From Okamejei kenojei (Eukaryota), in NCBI GenBank assembly GCA_035221665.1, contig CM069155.1, positions 27,466,001 through 27,530,000 of the forward strand: DNA of 64,000 bases, written 5' to 3'. Positions 1-14,189 of the stretch are shown one piece after another. The position numbers and the translations under genes are program-made. The stretch's first letter is position 1; the number at the start of each line of letters is the position of its first letter. Under the pieces are notes generated by a model that did no database searches, was not told where the DNA came from, and worked only from the letters and a program-made list of their open reading frames with translations.

Positions 1-229
1 GTGTCCCACCATTCCCAGCACCACTGCCCTACTGGAGGTTTACTGCGGGCCCTGCTTTCTGTCGACCCAGCTATGCTGACTTATCGCCCTACGATTGCCC
101 TCATTAACACACAACCGTGCTGACATTTCTCCACACTGAGAAGGGGGAAACCAGGCAAGGTCCCAGTCTGCAATCACTCTTCACGTGGACATCAGACATC
201 ACGTTACCACACCCCCGATCAATTGTTTT

Positions 230-530
230 TACCTCTTCTTCTCAACTCCTCAGCTCCAGGGAAAATAGACCTAGACTCTCCAATCTCTTCTCGTAATTGA
301 AACACTTCATCTCTGGTAACATCCTGATGAATCCCCTCTACCCTCTCCAGTACAACCACATCCATCCTATAAAGTGGTGACTAGAACTGCATGCAGTACT
401 CCAGCTGAGTCTGACCATTTTTTTAAATAAACTTGGTGTATAACCAACCTGCTCAGGTATTCCATGCCCGGACGTGAAGGCCAGCATCGCATATGCCTTC
501 TTAACCAGGTTATCTACTTGCATTGTCACA
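230..530 (-). mobile_element. CR1-type LINE fragment
   Basis: Minus strand reads QVDNLVKKAYAMLAF...LFKKMVRLSW, a degenerate CR1 ORF2 C-terminal region; boundaries approximate. Confidence 0.6.
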
Positions 531-799
531 TCTTCCCAAAGGCACTTTTACATCTTCAACCCATCAATTTTATTTTTCCTTTTAAAATCACCTTAGTTTT
601 TAAGATGCCTTTTTCCCAAGGTTTCTCTTGACCAAACTGTTTTGGATCTTCTCGCTGCTTACCTCCTCACCTCCCCCCCTTAACCCCCCCCACCACCCAC
701 AATCTTGCCGTACCACTGTCTTGTCAGACATTAAAAGGGAGGTGGGGATGAGTTGAGCTGAGCCTGGCTTGCTTTCTATATGTGGTGAAGATCATCCTC

Positions 800-1880
800 C
801 CCTCAGTGGAGACGGCTATGTTGTTAAGACATCCAAGATGTTCTTCTCCTTGAATAAATGTGGTTTCCCCCCTGCTGTTGTGGATGGATCCCATATCCAT
901 GTCTCCTCAGTGTCCAGTAGCTCTGTTCTCGTTCCTCTGCCTTCAAATTTGGAACAAGGATAGAGGTCCCCTGGTCTTTTCACCACAGCAGCTTCTGTGT
1001 CCAACACATTATTCTCTGGCATTTCTGCCACCTTCAATGTGATCCCACCCCGGTCACATCCTCACATCCCCACCGCTTTCTGTTGAGACCATTCCCTCTG
1101 CAACTCCTTAGTTCATTCACCACCTCCCACCCAAACCGCCCCCTCCTACAACCCTCAGAGATGTAAGACTTGTCTCTACATCTCCTCCTCACCTCCATCT
1201 AGGTTCTTCAGCAGCCCTTGCAGGTGAGACAGAGGTTCACTTGCAAACCTCGTCTACTGCATTCGGTTGGTATTCCCAATGTGGCACCTCAGCCAGACCA
1301 AGCGAAGACTTGGCGACCATTTTGTTGACCACGTGCGCTCAGTCCACCAAGGCTTGCTGGATCGCCTGGTTGCTAACTCACCTTCCCATTTCCATGCCAA
1401 CCTTCTGTCATGTGCTTCATCCATTGTCAGAGTGAGCCCACAGGCAAACTGAAGGAACAGCACCTCATATTCCGCTTGGGTAGCTTACAACCCAACGATA
1501 TGAACATTTAATTCTCCAATTAATGGTAACACCCCCCTCTCACTTTCCTATATGGCCCCACCCATCTCAGTGTATACCCATTTCTTCCGCTATTCCTCCA
1601 CTCACATCCCCCCATTCCACCTATGTCTCTCCCTCAGGCTTTACATTTGACTCCCTTCCCTTATCTGACTCCCTTTTGTGTCCTTTTCATCTCTAGCCTT
1701 TGTCTACCCACCTGACCATCCCCCACCTACCATTTGCCAGACTATGTCCAACCCTCAAATCCTTTCCAGCTTTCTCAACCCGACCCAAGAGGTTGCCTCC
1801 ACAGATGCTGCCTGACCAACTGAGTTACTCCAGCACACTGTGTTTTGATCAAGATTCCCGCACCTATGGTTTTGTTTGTC
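800..1880 (+). mobile_element. Degenerate Penelope-like element (GIY-YIG end and terminal repeat)
   Basis: Remnants GFPPAVVD, QTKRRLGDHFVDHVRSV and EQHLIFRLGSLQPNDMNI, then a pyrimidine-rich UTR and the cagatgctgcctgacc...gagttactccagca terminal unit. Confidence 0.75.
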
Positions 1881-2324
1881 TCATAATTGGACTAAACTGG
1901 TCAGATACTTGGGGCAGCACAAGCTTGGTGAGCCAGCTCCAAGCCTGACCTCGATGCTGTCTGTGTGGATTTTCAATCTTCTCCCTGTGATCCAGTGGGT
2001 TACTTTCGACGATAGTTTAGTTTATTGTCACATGTACTGTGATACAGTGAAAAGCTTTAGTCATCAAGAAACTCAGTACTTTAATGAGCTGCTTTATACT
2101 GCCCCCAGGGTAGAGGGAGTGGCAGGAAAATCAGAGCATTGATGAGCAATGGGAACGTATGTGGGTGAACGGGATTGTTGTAATTATTCAAAGAGCTGGC
2201 ACGGACACGGTAAACTAATGGTGACGTACTCACATCCCTGGAGCATGTTCAATCTGCAGCTTCCAAAGGGAACTTACTGCATTGCTGTAAAATTGACCGT
2301 TGCTTTGTGTGAATCTTTGTGCAG

Positions 2325-2433
2325 AAAATGCTGGATGAGCAGCTGATTGTTCACGCCTTTGGGGAATCCACGCGGGCTTTTGTGTACGGTTTCTACCTGT
2401 ACAGACTCCTCTCGGACAAAGACACAGAAAAAG
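2325..2433 (+). CDS. DEPDC5: DEPDC5 (GATOR1 subunit) internal exon, end of DEP domain
   Basis: tgcag| acceptor, |gtaac donor; translates KMLDEQLIVHAFGESTRAFVYGFYLYRLLSDKDTEK, matching remembered human [29 protein letters not shown]; phase 0->1. Upstream exons lie outside the window. Confidence 0.93.
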
Positions 2434-2962
2434 GTAACGGGGTACTCGAGTGAAGCCATTCTGTAAACTGATGTGTTGACGCAACCTTTGCCTAAGGCAC
2501 AGGAGAACGTCTTCAGCGTGTACACATCCTCACCATTAACCAAAATGCTTCTGAACAAAGGAATTTCTGGTTGATGAGTGGTCACCGCTGCTTTGATGGT
2601 AGACATGTTATTGTCTGTGCACAGAACACTCACATAACCGGGAGACAGAGTCATACTTTAATGGTTATGGTTGAGTGGTAAATATTAGTTGGGAGAGTGA
2701 ATAGCAGTACCCTGTTTTTTTCCAATAGATTTAGTAATATTGCATTTGGTAGTTGTTGATGCCTGACTTCACTCTGGTGGCTGTTTTTTGATCACCACAT
2801 TTTGATGATGAAACTTGGTTGAATGTCATCGTCTGTGGCTCAGTGGTTGCACTGTCATCTCTCCATCCACCCTAGGGATGAAAACAACAACCCACAACGC
2901 CACAACTTGGCCTCCAGTGCTGGATCAGACAAGTGCAACAACCTTCCAGGTCAATGTAACAA

Positions 2963-3200
2963 GTTTAGTTTAGTTTAGAGATGCACCTTCAGGTCCATGC
3001 CAACCAGCAATCCCCGTACACTAGTTCTATCCGATACTCTAGAGATGACTTACAGAAGCCAATTAACCTACAAACATGCATGTCTTTAAAATGTGGGAGA
3101 AAGCCAGAGCACCCGGAGAAAACCCATGCAGTCACAGGGAGAATGTACAAACTTCATACACATACTTGTAATCAGGATCGAACCCGAGTTTAGGCAGCAA
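2963..3200 (-). mobile_element. tRNA-derived V-SINE/HE1-like SINE
   Basis: (GTTTA)n tail and core tgtgggagaaagccagagcacccggagaaaacccatgcagtcacagggagaatgtacaaact; further copies at ~9320-9560, 12630-12900, 30270-30520 and 49516-49720. Confidence 0.75.
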
Positions 3201-3433
3201 CTTGCGCCACTGTTCCTGTCACTGTGTTCCAGAAATGTTTTTGCCATATTTCAAGTTCTCAGTGCAGAGCATGACCACCTGTGGCGGGTGATGTGATGGT
3301 GTTGCATGTGTTCCTTATGTTGGGATGTATACAATTGTGCGTGATGCTAACTTGTGAGAGTGTTGTCTGTGCATTGAACGTCTTCAAAGTGACTCTCTTT
3401 CGCTCCCACCCTCCACCCCGCTCCTCTCTGCAG

Positions 3434-3658
3434 GGATTGTGCAGTCTTCCACTATCTGGTACACTTCCACAATGGACGACCTGGCTGCATTCCAGCGCAA
3501 GTGGTTTGAGGTGGCTTTCCTCACGGAGGAACGACTTCACATCGACATCCCTGCTTTCCTGTTACCGTGGTTACCCAGTAGGCCAGCATCCTATGCAAGT
3601 AGGCACAGTTCCTTCAGCCGCAGTTTTGGAGGACGAAGTCAAGCCGCTGCCCTACTAG
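3434..3658 (+). CDS. DEPDC5: DEPDC5 exon
   Basis: ctgcag|...|gtagat; [75 protein letters not shown]; phase 1->1. Confidence 0.95.
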   Translation, partial: GLCSLPLSGTLPQWTTWLHSSASGLRWLSSRRNDFTSTSLLSCYRGYPVGQHPMQVGTVPSAAVLEDEVKPLPY

Positions 3659-4759
3659 GTAGATGCACACCACAGGCATCTCCGAGGAACAGTCTCCAAG
3701 GGAATGAGGTCATGTGGACAGTATTTGTCTCCTCCCATTCTGCACATTGGCTGCTCACACTATTTATTTGTATCCGTCTATGGTGTCTGTTTCTGAAGGC
3801 AGGAATCCCCTCTTTGATCAGAGCTCCCCGAAGCCCCACAGCCTGTCTTTATAAAAACTCAAAACCACTTCTCATAAAGGTCATACCAGGAATAAATAAG
3901 ATGCCCAGCTTGTTTAATGAGGGACATAGTCTTGGAAGTGTCATATGTTCTGTTCAAATTTTAACTTTTTCCTCTGCGTTGTCTCAAAAAAACAACACAG
4001 ACTGTGATTAATTTGGCATCTTCAGCCGGTGTGTGGCAGTGTTTTCAGTGCCAAGCGAGTCCAGTGCTCTGGCTGGCATTGAAAACAAATACAGCCTCTG
4101 CCTCCAAGTGCTTTGCTTGCCACAATGGCCAGGCATGAAGAAGGTGCTTTGAACAGAGTAGCCCGAACACTTCCAAACTAGTTTCACATTGAAAGGAGCC
4201 AAGCATCTTAAATTCAACTTCAGTGTAACTTCGAGTTAACTAGTCTTAATTTTGGGAGGATATTGTAGAGGCCCTGGCCATAATTTTTGTTTAGTTTAGA
4301 GATAGAGTGTGGAATCAAGTCTGCGCCAACCAACGATCACCTATACACTAGTTCTATCCAATCTTCAAGTTTAGATTTAGATTTATTAATATCACATGTA
4401 ATAAGGTACAGTGAAAAGCTTTGTTTTGCATGCTATCCAACCAGATCAGATATACCATACATTAGTACAATTAGTTCAAACTCAAGTACAATAGATTAAG
4501 TGCAAGGGGGAAGATGTAGAGGGTAGAATATAGTTCTCAGCATTGCAGCACATCAGTTCCTTAAAGTCCACTGTTTTCAACGAGGTAGAAGTAAATTGTA
4601 ACTTGGCTCATGGAAGAACCCACATAATCAAAGACTTGTCCCACCCTAGACATTCCTCCTCTCCCTGCTCCTGTCCGGCAGAAGGTTCAGAAACTTGAAA
4701 ATGTGCTCCACCAGACTCTTCCCCCTCTGATATCAGGCTTCAGAACTCTGAAATTCCTA

Positions 4760-4965
4760 GCAGTCCTGCGCTCCCCTTAAACTTGTCTGGGCCCCATTTC
4801 CCACATCCCTTTTAAACTTCCCAGGACCCCTTTTCCTGCACTCCCTTTAAGCTTGCCAGGGCCCCATTTCCCACACTCCCTTTGAACCTCGGTGGGGCCG
4901 CATTTCATGCCTTGCTTTAAACTTGCAATGCCCATTACCATGCAACATTTCCCATGCTCCCTTAA
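4760..4965. repeat. Diverged ~35-bp tandem repeat
   Basis: Recurrent tttaaacttgccaggg(c)cccatttcccacactccc units (~5); a related array lies at ~29130-29350. Confidence 0.65.
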
Positions 4966-7679
4966 AATTAATCTGATTCACTGTAAAAAAAAAACAAAAA
5001 CATTTTTGTGTAACATCTTTCAAAGTAAAAAATGAATTTTTAGTGTCGGGTAATCTGCCAGTCTGAAACCACCAAAGTCATAATGTGGCGGATTATCAAA
5101 ATTATATTTGACTGGAAAATGATCTCCATTCTAGCCGGTAATTGTGTTGTCTGTGTGTCATTAAGAAAAGCTATGAATTAACCTAAATTTGGCTAAGTAT
5201 AAACAACTGGCCCTTCTATTCCGCACAACGAGTTATCTACAAGGCCTTGTAATCAGAAGTGGGGACTGCCTGGTGAAACAGAATTAATGAATTTCTTCAA
5301 CCTATTTTGACCAATAAGCTTTACTAACCATGTGCGCTCAAATGCTTATTGTGACAAAACACTCTTGCTTTCAAGCAGAGATAGCCAATGGCTATTGAAA
5401 TATACGTGGTCGCTCTTCGCAACCAAGCTGTTAAGTTGACCTCATGTATCTGTTCCATTTCTGGCTTCTGATTACTAGCTATTGTCCATTAAGCCTTTAC
5501 TAAATCTAAACTGTCCACATGACCTCATTGGTTCCACACTTGGACGTCATTGTCTGATTCCCGACGTGAAGCCTGTGATGTGGAACTGTGTGTGTGATAG
5601 AGCTCAGGAACAAGCTCAAACTCCCTAAGATCAATAACCGTTTTACTATACTCGGGTCCCAATAATCTGCCCAGATTATCCTGCATGCTTCCTCCCCCCT
5701 TTTGACCTCAGTGTGTTAAATTTGGGTGCATGTTTTTGCAATGTATTTGGAATAATTTGAAGGTTGCAATTCTTGGGTGATAAAGACTCCTGATTTGGTG
5801 CTAACTCATCTGGGATGATCCCACAATCTGCCTTGAATGAGCTGTTGATTTTACCAGGGAAGGGCATTGGGAAGAATTGTGCCAGGTTTGCAAATGGAGA
5901 AATAATCCCACGTTCCCTTTACTGATCGTCATCAACCCACCCTTCCTGGAAACAAGGTGAGGTTCATTTGCAATGCCTTTCAGTCAAACTTCCATGCACG
6001 CCAACTGCCTAGATTCCCACAAGAAGGGCCACAAGGTAGTACATACGTTCGCACTTGGTCGGCCATTGGTCACTTCTATGAATTGTTCTCCAGAAAAGGG
6101 GAATTAATTAGAGATAACAATAATCTCAGTGGCTGTTGTTGCAATGTTACTTTGTTAGTGTGTTCATTTTCATCAGCATAGTTTGATTTATTGGATGTAC
6201 TCAAGTGTACTCACTATCTTATGTTGGTTTCTTCTCCCCATTCACCACCTTCACCACCACACACCAGTTACAGATGGTATCACATCACTTTAAGTGCTGT
6301 CTGATCTGCTGACCAGTAGATTTCTCTCAATGCCCAGTGTGAGAAATATGTAGCCATTCTTATCTTTGACTTTATTGTTTGGTATCTAGGTGATACTGGC
6401 AATGCCTTTGATGCCCATCCCAAATTAGCCTTGGCAAGGTGATGGTGAGCTGGCGACTTGAACCGCAGCAGACCTTCTGGTGAAGATGGTTCCCCAGTAT
6501 TATATGGGGGAGATCTCCAACTTTAGACCCAGTGATGATGGGGGGGGGGGGATTGGCGACATATTTCCAAGTCAGGATAGTGGGGCACCTGCAGGTGGTG
6601 GTGTTTCCCTGTTCTGCTGCTCTTGTCCTTCTTGGTCGGAGAGGTCACGTGTTTGGGAGGAGAAGCTTGGGCATTTTGTAGTGGGAATTGAACATTAATA
6701 GGTAGTTAATATGTCAATTTTAAGGAATGTTAATGGGACCACCAGTAAGCAGGTTGCTTTGCCCTGGATGAGGTTGAGCTTGTGGAGCTGTCGGCACTGA
6801 ACTCGTCATGGAGAATATTAGTCGGAATTCCACAGTTTGTATAAAACCCCTCTGAATCACTGTTCTTAAACATTTGGGACTAAGATAGGCTTATTGCGGT
6901 CCTTGTGCCTGATGAGTTATGTAGACTGGAAACGCTCCACTATGTCAATATGATAGTTTTATCAGGTAGTAAGAAGCATGGCATTCTATTCCCAAGGGAG
7001 ATTGCTCTCTTGGGGCAGGGATAACATCAGCCAAGGTCTCTGCATGTAACCATCCCTGCCAAAGGAGCAAGTGTGGACACTGGGAGAGGGCAGAATCAAC
7101 ATCAAACACCCTTCTTCACCCAAAATGGTAGACTACCACGAAACACACAGTCTAGATCTCTTGGGTACGGTCCCTCAGAGTTGAAGAAGACTTGCTTTCA
7201 CTCTGATTTTTTGGGATTGTGAGATGGCTGATAATGTCAATGTTGGAATTCCAGCCTCACCCACAGGTGGGGCATTAGATAGCTAATGGGGTGGGTGGGT
7301 AGTTTGTGAGGTGATGCATTCCTTCAGCTGATAATGCAGGGCTTCTTTGAGCTCCCTACTCGAAAGCCCCTTCTTCACCTTCAACGGTCATGGACCCAGG
7401 GATTCCCAGGATGGACATGTTGTAATTCTTGAACTAAACTTTCAATCCTTGAATCTTCTCTCTCCACCTCGTAAACTCTTCCCGGGATAGGCCTCGGATT
7501 TCAGGAGCGTATGAATGAGCATGGGCATGTGAATGATGCGACCTGCCCAATAGAGCCAGCTGAGGGTAGCTAGAACCTCAGTGCTGGGGACATGACTGAT
7601 GTTAAATCACTTGTCCTTCCACCGGAGGATTTTATGGAGTTAGCATTGATAGTATTTTTCAGTGCCTTGAGATGCTATA

Positions 7680-7866
7680 TGTTTGGGACAAAGACAACAT
7701 CATTTATTTATTTGCCTCTGTACTCCACAATTTGAGATTTGTAATAGAAAAAATCACACATGGTTAAAGTGCACATTGTCAGATTTTAATAAAGGCCATT
7801 TTGATACATTTTGGTTTCACCATGTAGAAATTACAGCTGTGTTTATACATAGTCCCCCCATTTCAG
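7680..7866 (+). mobile_element. Tc1/mariner-like terminal fragment
   Basis: atgtttgggacaaagac...tacatagtccccccatttcag resembles the inverted-repeat region of fish Tc1 elements (from memory); the partner end was not seen. Confidence 0.5.
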
Positions 7867-8802
7867 AGCTCTCTGCATAAAACAGCATTTAAAGATGTTA
7901 GCTGGCGTAACTAAAAAGCAGCTTCTCACAGACATCATGTGCATCATTATATATCATGTTAGCATCATTATCCCCTCGTTGGTCTATGCTTTACACAGCA
8001 ATTATCTGTACCTTCCTGATCACAACAGTGTTTATTGTTGCTGACTTTCTCTGTTTCTTGCTTCACCTTCAGAACAGTTTTCATCCTTTGCCCTTTTTCC
8101 TGATTGTCATCTAAAGAGTGCCATAAACAGTACCTCGTGATATTTCCCTTAGTTAATCATCTTTTATGAATCATTGGAGTTTATTTCTAGTACTTGTCCT
8201 ACTGAAATGTATGTCCTTTCTTGGAAGCGCTCGTGGTCTGCATAGAGTTGACTCCTAGACCCCTGTATTGATTTGTACAGTAATCTAAGCCAGGAGTGCT
8301 GGAGTCATGTCCACTCACAGACTGACCCGGTTACTTGGTCTTGTGTGTGTTTGTTTCTTCTTCAGATAGTGTTTCGTGCCGTGCTCTGATTTGGATCATT
8401 TTAACAGGGTTATGGTTGAGGTGTACAAATGAAGCCAATCCTGCTCTGGAGTGTCTTATTTCCCTCTGTCTCCTGCCCTACTAAAACCACCTTCCTTCTC
8501 TGTAAATGGGGCCTCCTGCCCTCCAGCCGAGTTCAAAAGGTCAGATGTCTTTAAACATCCAGACTTGCTAACAAATTGGAATGTTTCGGCTCCACGTTAG
8601 AAGCATGCACCCACCAGGGAATTCAGTGGAGCGTATTTTAGAGGTCACATTTCCCCTCAATAATCAGATCCAAGGAAGCGAGCCTAATGCTGAAAACAGA
8701 GCTTGTCCCTTTAGTATGAAGAAGGAGTTAGAAACGAATAAGAAATCCCTCCGGTTTTAATTTGCTCCTGACTGCGTTCTTGTAATCCCTTCCCTCATGT
8801 AG

Positions 8803-8972
8803 CTGCCACAGTCCCTGAACAGAAGACGGTGACGTTGGATGTGGATGTGAATAACCGTTCAGACCGTGTTGAGTGGTGCAGCTGTTATTACCATGGGAAC
8901 TACTCACTAAGTGCTGCATTTGAAGTCAAGCTGCACTGGATGGCAGTCACATCAGCCATGCTGTTTGAAATG
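8803..8972 (+). CDS. DEPDC5: DEPDC5 exon (C-terminal domain)
   Basis: atgtag|...|gtcggt; [57 protein letters not shown]; phase 1->0. Not in the ORF track; read manually. Confidence 0.95.
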
Positions 8973-10391
8973 GTCGGTACACCAGCCAATTAAGTTGTGC
9001 CTTAAAACCAGAATAGTAGTTTGTCCTGACATCCAACAGTGTCCTGCAGCGTAATGGCAATTTCTGCCAGTCAGCACCATTCCCTGAGAGACAGAAATTA
9101 ATCTAACGTAAACCTGCCAGAACACAACGTGCTGGAGGAAGTTAGCTGGTCAGCCAGCATCTAGGGAGGGTTTGGATCGCCAACGCTTTGGTTCAAGACC
9201 TTTTTCAGACTCAGAATCTGAAGTTCGGGCCCCGATCCAAGACATCACCTGTCCAGTCCCATCCCAGATGCTGCCTGACCCACCGAGTTTCTCCAGTGCT
9301 CTGTGTTTAGTTTTGTTTAACATTACAGGGTGGAAACAGGCCACCAGGTCCACCCCAACCAGCGATCACCCGTACTCTAGTTTTATCCCACACCCTAGGG
9401 ACAAATTGCAGAAGCCAATTAACCTACAAACCTGCACGTTTTTGGAACGTGGGAGGAAAGCGGAGAAAATCCATGCAGTCCACAGGGAGAATGTACAGAC
9501 AGCACCCGTAGTCGGGATTGAACCAGGGTCTCTGGCGCTGTGAGGCAGCAACTCCACTGGTGTTTTGCTCAAGATTCCTGTGTCTGAAGCTTCTTGTGTC
9601 AAAACAGGGAGGGAGCTGGGTGGCAGGGAGCTGAGGTGTGGGTGTATGTGCGAGGGCAGAGACAGTGGGGCAGCAGTAGATATTGTGGCCTCGCAGCTCA
9701 ATGGACCTGGGTTCGGATCTGGTCTCAGGTGTTTTTATATTTTTCCCGTGACCACCAGATACACTGGTTTCCCCGAACATCCTATGGCAGCTGGCAGGGT
9801 TATTGGCGACTGCGAATTACCCCTCTAGTAGGTAGTTGTCAAAAGGAGAGTCGATGAGAGAAAAAAATAAGTTGCTGAATCACAAGGAAATTCAATCATG
9901 GGGACTAGGGCTGAAGGGATGGTTTTGTTGAGAGCAAACATAAAACTGATGGGCCAGCCACATAGTCTGTGTCTGTCATATTATGTACTGTAAGTCAGTC
10001 ATCCGCCATACTCCTAGAAGAGCTGTTTCAAGTGGTTTCTCTGGGGAGTTCACACACAGCACTTATCAGGATGTTTTATTTTCCTAGACAGCATGTGAAG
10101 GGTGGAGCTTGCAAAGAGCAGGTCTTGACATGGTAAATGATTAGCCTTGCGGCTGATGGTTGGCAGGTGAGCTCTGGAGCAGTGGGTAGGGCAAAAGCTG
10201 GGAGCTATAAGTTGCTTGTATGTTGAGTGCCTTAGCTCTCGGATGTTTGGAGATGTCCTCCCACTAGGTCAGGGATGTTCGAAGACTGTGCTGCTGTGTG
10301 TGAGGAACCTCCATCAGACCAATGGTCAAACCACCCAGGAACTATGCTCCTGCTCACCAGATGAAAGATGGAAGGTTTCAGGTGGCGATAA

Positions 10392-10640
<249 letters not shown>

Positions 10641-12936
10641 TAGCTCACTGAACTGCACGGGGGAGGGAGCTTAGATCTGGAAAGGTGCTGGCTGCAGCTA
10701 CCAGTTAAGCTAGCCTACAGAGAAGTGGGATACGTCCTTCCATTCAACCTGTGGTAAAGGTCCCAGAAGAGGAGTTGGTATGTTTACTGCAGTTGTGTTT
10801 GGGGAGGCTTTGGGAAGCAGTGATCGCTGAGTGTGTGGGTGCTGAATGGCAGTGGTTTGATGAATTGACATGTCCTTTACCTTAAGGAGATGGGTTCAGC
10901 TTCTTTATGCACTGCATTGCTGTTCATTCTGACAAGTGTTTTCATGAGTTTTAGAAGTTTTTAAAATTCCCATTGTTTATTTTAACCAATTCCTTATTTG
11001 CTCGGTTCATTAATGGAATGAGAGGGAGGTGAATAGACCATCGGATGTAGAAAGGTCAAAGCCAGAGGAAATGTTTTTATGTCTTCCAAACGCTTTCTGC
11101 AAGTGGAATCGCACCTGGGCTGGCAGCCAAATATTCTGTAAAATATAATGAGAACACATTATCAGTTGTTTGTTTCTTTGTAGCACCAGGCTGTGAAAAT
11201 CAACCGAATGCTTATGAAAGCTGGTGTGTGGTTAGTTTTGTTTTCAATGCCAATGCTTTTCTTTTCTGTGTGATACTTCATCTTCTTGACAAAAAATAAA
11301 ACCATCTGGCATTCATGGAGCAGCAATAGTGTTGAATTATCCAGTTTTCGTGAAATTTCTTTGGTGTAAGAATAGCAGGCTGGAAAGATCACACCATGGG
11401 CTTTTACACTCGCGAATAGCCACTCACAGCCCTTCCCACGTTTCATGCCTTTTATGTTCAATCTTCATGTTCTTGCGTTTGATTCCAGTTTGTGCTGTGA
11501 TGATGTATTGAATGTTTTGGGCTCGGAATGAGGATGTTGCTGCTGAGAATTGGAGCTGGCGACATTGCTTGTCACTTTATAACTGACTGGACAATGCAGG
11601 TAGCCACCGAGAGGCTCTCTCCTCTCATTCTCCAGCCTTGCAGTTGTGGTGCTGATGTCCTTGAGTTCAGGAACAAGAACTAGTTAAATACCCAGGGTTC
11701 TGACAAGTCTAACTCCCTGGGAAGTGTGCTTGGGTCTGTGGATGGGATCGGGCATCCCTGAAGCTTTGGAACCCCTGCTAATGCAGGATGAATGTCAACT
11801 CCACTTGTTTACAGGAGCTCGCAGCCCCTGAAGAATTGTGCCTGAGCCTTATTCTAATTCCGCTGTGACTCCTAGAGCAAATCTTGAAAAATAACAATAA
11901 CAAAAACTGTTATATAAAAGACTTGGTGTGGGGGGGGGGGGGGGGGGGGGGGAAAATTTTCACCACAAATCGGCAAGAAGTGCCATCGCATGTTTGTATT
12001 ATATTAAACAAGATTCTCACATAACAACCAAAGATCATTATCACAATTCTTTAATGTTATAATTAGTTCAGTCATGCGATTTTTAATAAACTAATCATGA
12101 TTAATTGCAACCTAAGCACTGTTCAAATAGCATCAGCAACAACCGTGGGAGACTGACATTCTTGAACAGTAGAAAAGAAGAATGATGTGCTTTTAAGTTT
12201 AGGATGTAAGAGGGGATGAAGGAGGGGGAGAAGGAAATGGGATGGAGGGCTCGCACCTTCCAAAGCTTCTCTCAGTCCCTCGTTTACCTCCCTTTCTCTC
12301 CATAAGCGTTACCTTCCCAACTCTCCCCCTCCACTCCAGGCTCCATGCCCCCCTTCCCATCTCGGCCACTCTTCCCCACCTCTCTCCCTCACCTCCCACC
12401 CTCACCTCCTGGCTGACTTCCCCGCTTCCGATTCTCTTCCCCACCCATGTATCAGAAAATTGGCTGGCTAACAGTAAACAAAGTGGGCTGATTTACAAGC
12501 TGTAAGAGTGCATTTGGCACTAGGGAGAATGCAACTTAATTAAGGAGTAATTATGAGGGTTTGAAAGCAGAGCTCACTAAACTGAACTGGTAAATTAAAT
12601 TATTTTAATATATTTCCTTTCGACATTGAAACAGGTCATTAGTCCACTCAGTCTATGCCGGATCTCAGCAATCCAGTCAGTCCCATTCCCAGTTATTTTC
12701 CTGTAATGCTCACATTAATTCCGCACTGATTCTCTTTCCACCCTCATACCTCAGCCTGACTTTGGAGTGTGGGAGCATTCCAGAGCTCCCGGAGGAAATC
12801 CACGCGGTCACAGGGAGAACATGCAAACTCCACACAGACAGCATCAGAGCACAGGGTTGATCCCAATTCACCGGGGTTGTGAGCTAGCAGCATCACCTGC
12901 AGCACAATGTACTGCCTGGTCAATCTAGTTTAATGT

Positions 12937-13262
12937 TCATAAGGTCAGAAGGAATAGGAGTAGAATTAGGCCATTCAGCCCATCAAGTCTACTCCGCCAT
13001 TCAATCATGGTTGATCTAACCACGTTCTCTTGCCTTCTCCCCATAACTCTGAGATGTACTAATCGAGAATCTATCTATCTCTGCCTTAAAAATATCCATA
13101 GACTTGGCCTCCACGGCCTCTGCGGCAAAGAATTACACAGATTCATCACCCTCTGACTAAATACATTTCTCATCATCTCATTCCTAAAATAACATCCTTT
13201 CATTCTGAGGCTATGACCTCTAGTCCTCGACTCTCCCACTAGTGGAAAAATCCTCTCCACAT
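12937..13262 (-). mobile_element. CR1 LINE 3' end
   Basis: ERIFPLVGESRTRGHSLRMKG...FSQRVMNLCNSLPQ (ORF 13075-13260) plus the CR1 3'UTR. Confidence 0.85.
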
Positions 13263-14189
13263 GTCTACGGCTAATGTCTGAGAATATCTCTCAGAACACA
13301 CAGAATAGATGCTTCCCAATATGAAAGAGAATCTCCTAGAGGAGGATCCATATAAAAAAATGCAGCAATTCGCATTTAGGAGTATAATAAACAAGGGAAA
13401 AATTAGAGTACCAGATAAAGCTAACACTATATAAATAGTATAAATACAGTGTACATTTCTAAAGGCAGTTTGGAGAATGTTATCAGATTGAGTATTGGAC
13501 CAAAAGAAAGTGAATCTGGGGAATTGATATGGAAAGCTAGGAGATGTCAGATTAATTGGCCGGTTAAATTGCTCGCAATGTGCAGATGAGTGATAGAATT
13601 CTTGAGGGGAGTCGATGGGAATGTGGGGAGGGAAAAAAATGGGATTGGTAGGATTCGTGAAAAATGGGTGGTTGATGGTGCAGAATTGGTGGGCTGAAGG
13701 GCTTGTGACCTTGCTGCATCTCTCTATGGCTGTGTGTAGCAGGTCGCTTTCTCACAGGTTTATTGTGAGGGTCCATCCATCCTGCAACATTTACTCTTCC
13801 CTTAATGGTCTTGGAGTCAGTTAATAAACAGCTCAGAGCCCCGGTATTTGAACAGGGTGCTGTGACCAGTACTCTTTCAGCACAGAGCACAGGATGCCTT
13901 TCGCTGCCTACCTCTCTGCCCTAGCACCAGTTGAATGGGGAAAGTGCAGCAGCAGGCAGCTGTATGAATGATTGCAGTTGAGATGGCAAGCTCCGTCTGA
14001 TTCTCTCTGCACTCTGAGGTGCTGCGTTGTGGCCAATGCAGCAGTGGCTGGCTGGAAACGTAGTTGGCGAGGTTATACTCTCTAACTTGCATGGGTAAGA
14101 GTATTGTCGACATGGTATGGTAAATCAATGTGGCTGGGGTCTCGAACCTTCACTCCTGGGACCCTTGTTGTATTAGTAAATTTGCAGAA

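Noticed and set aside
4760-4965. CRISPR-like spaced repeats (also 27950-28230 and 29130-29350)
   Set aside because: Eukaryotic context, degenerate tandem units without unique spacers, and no cas genes.
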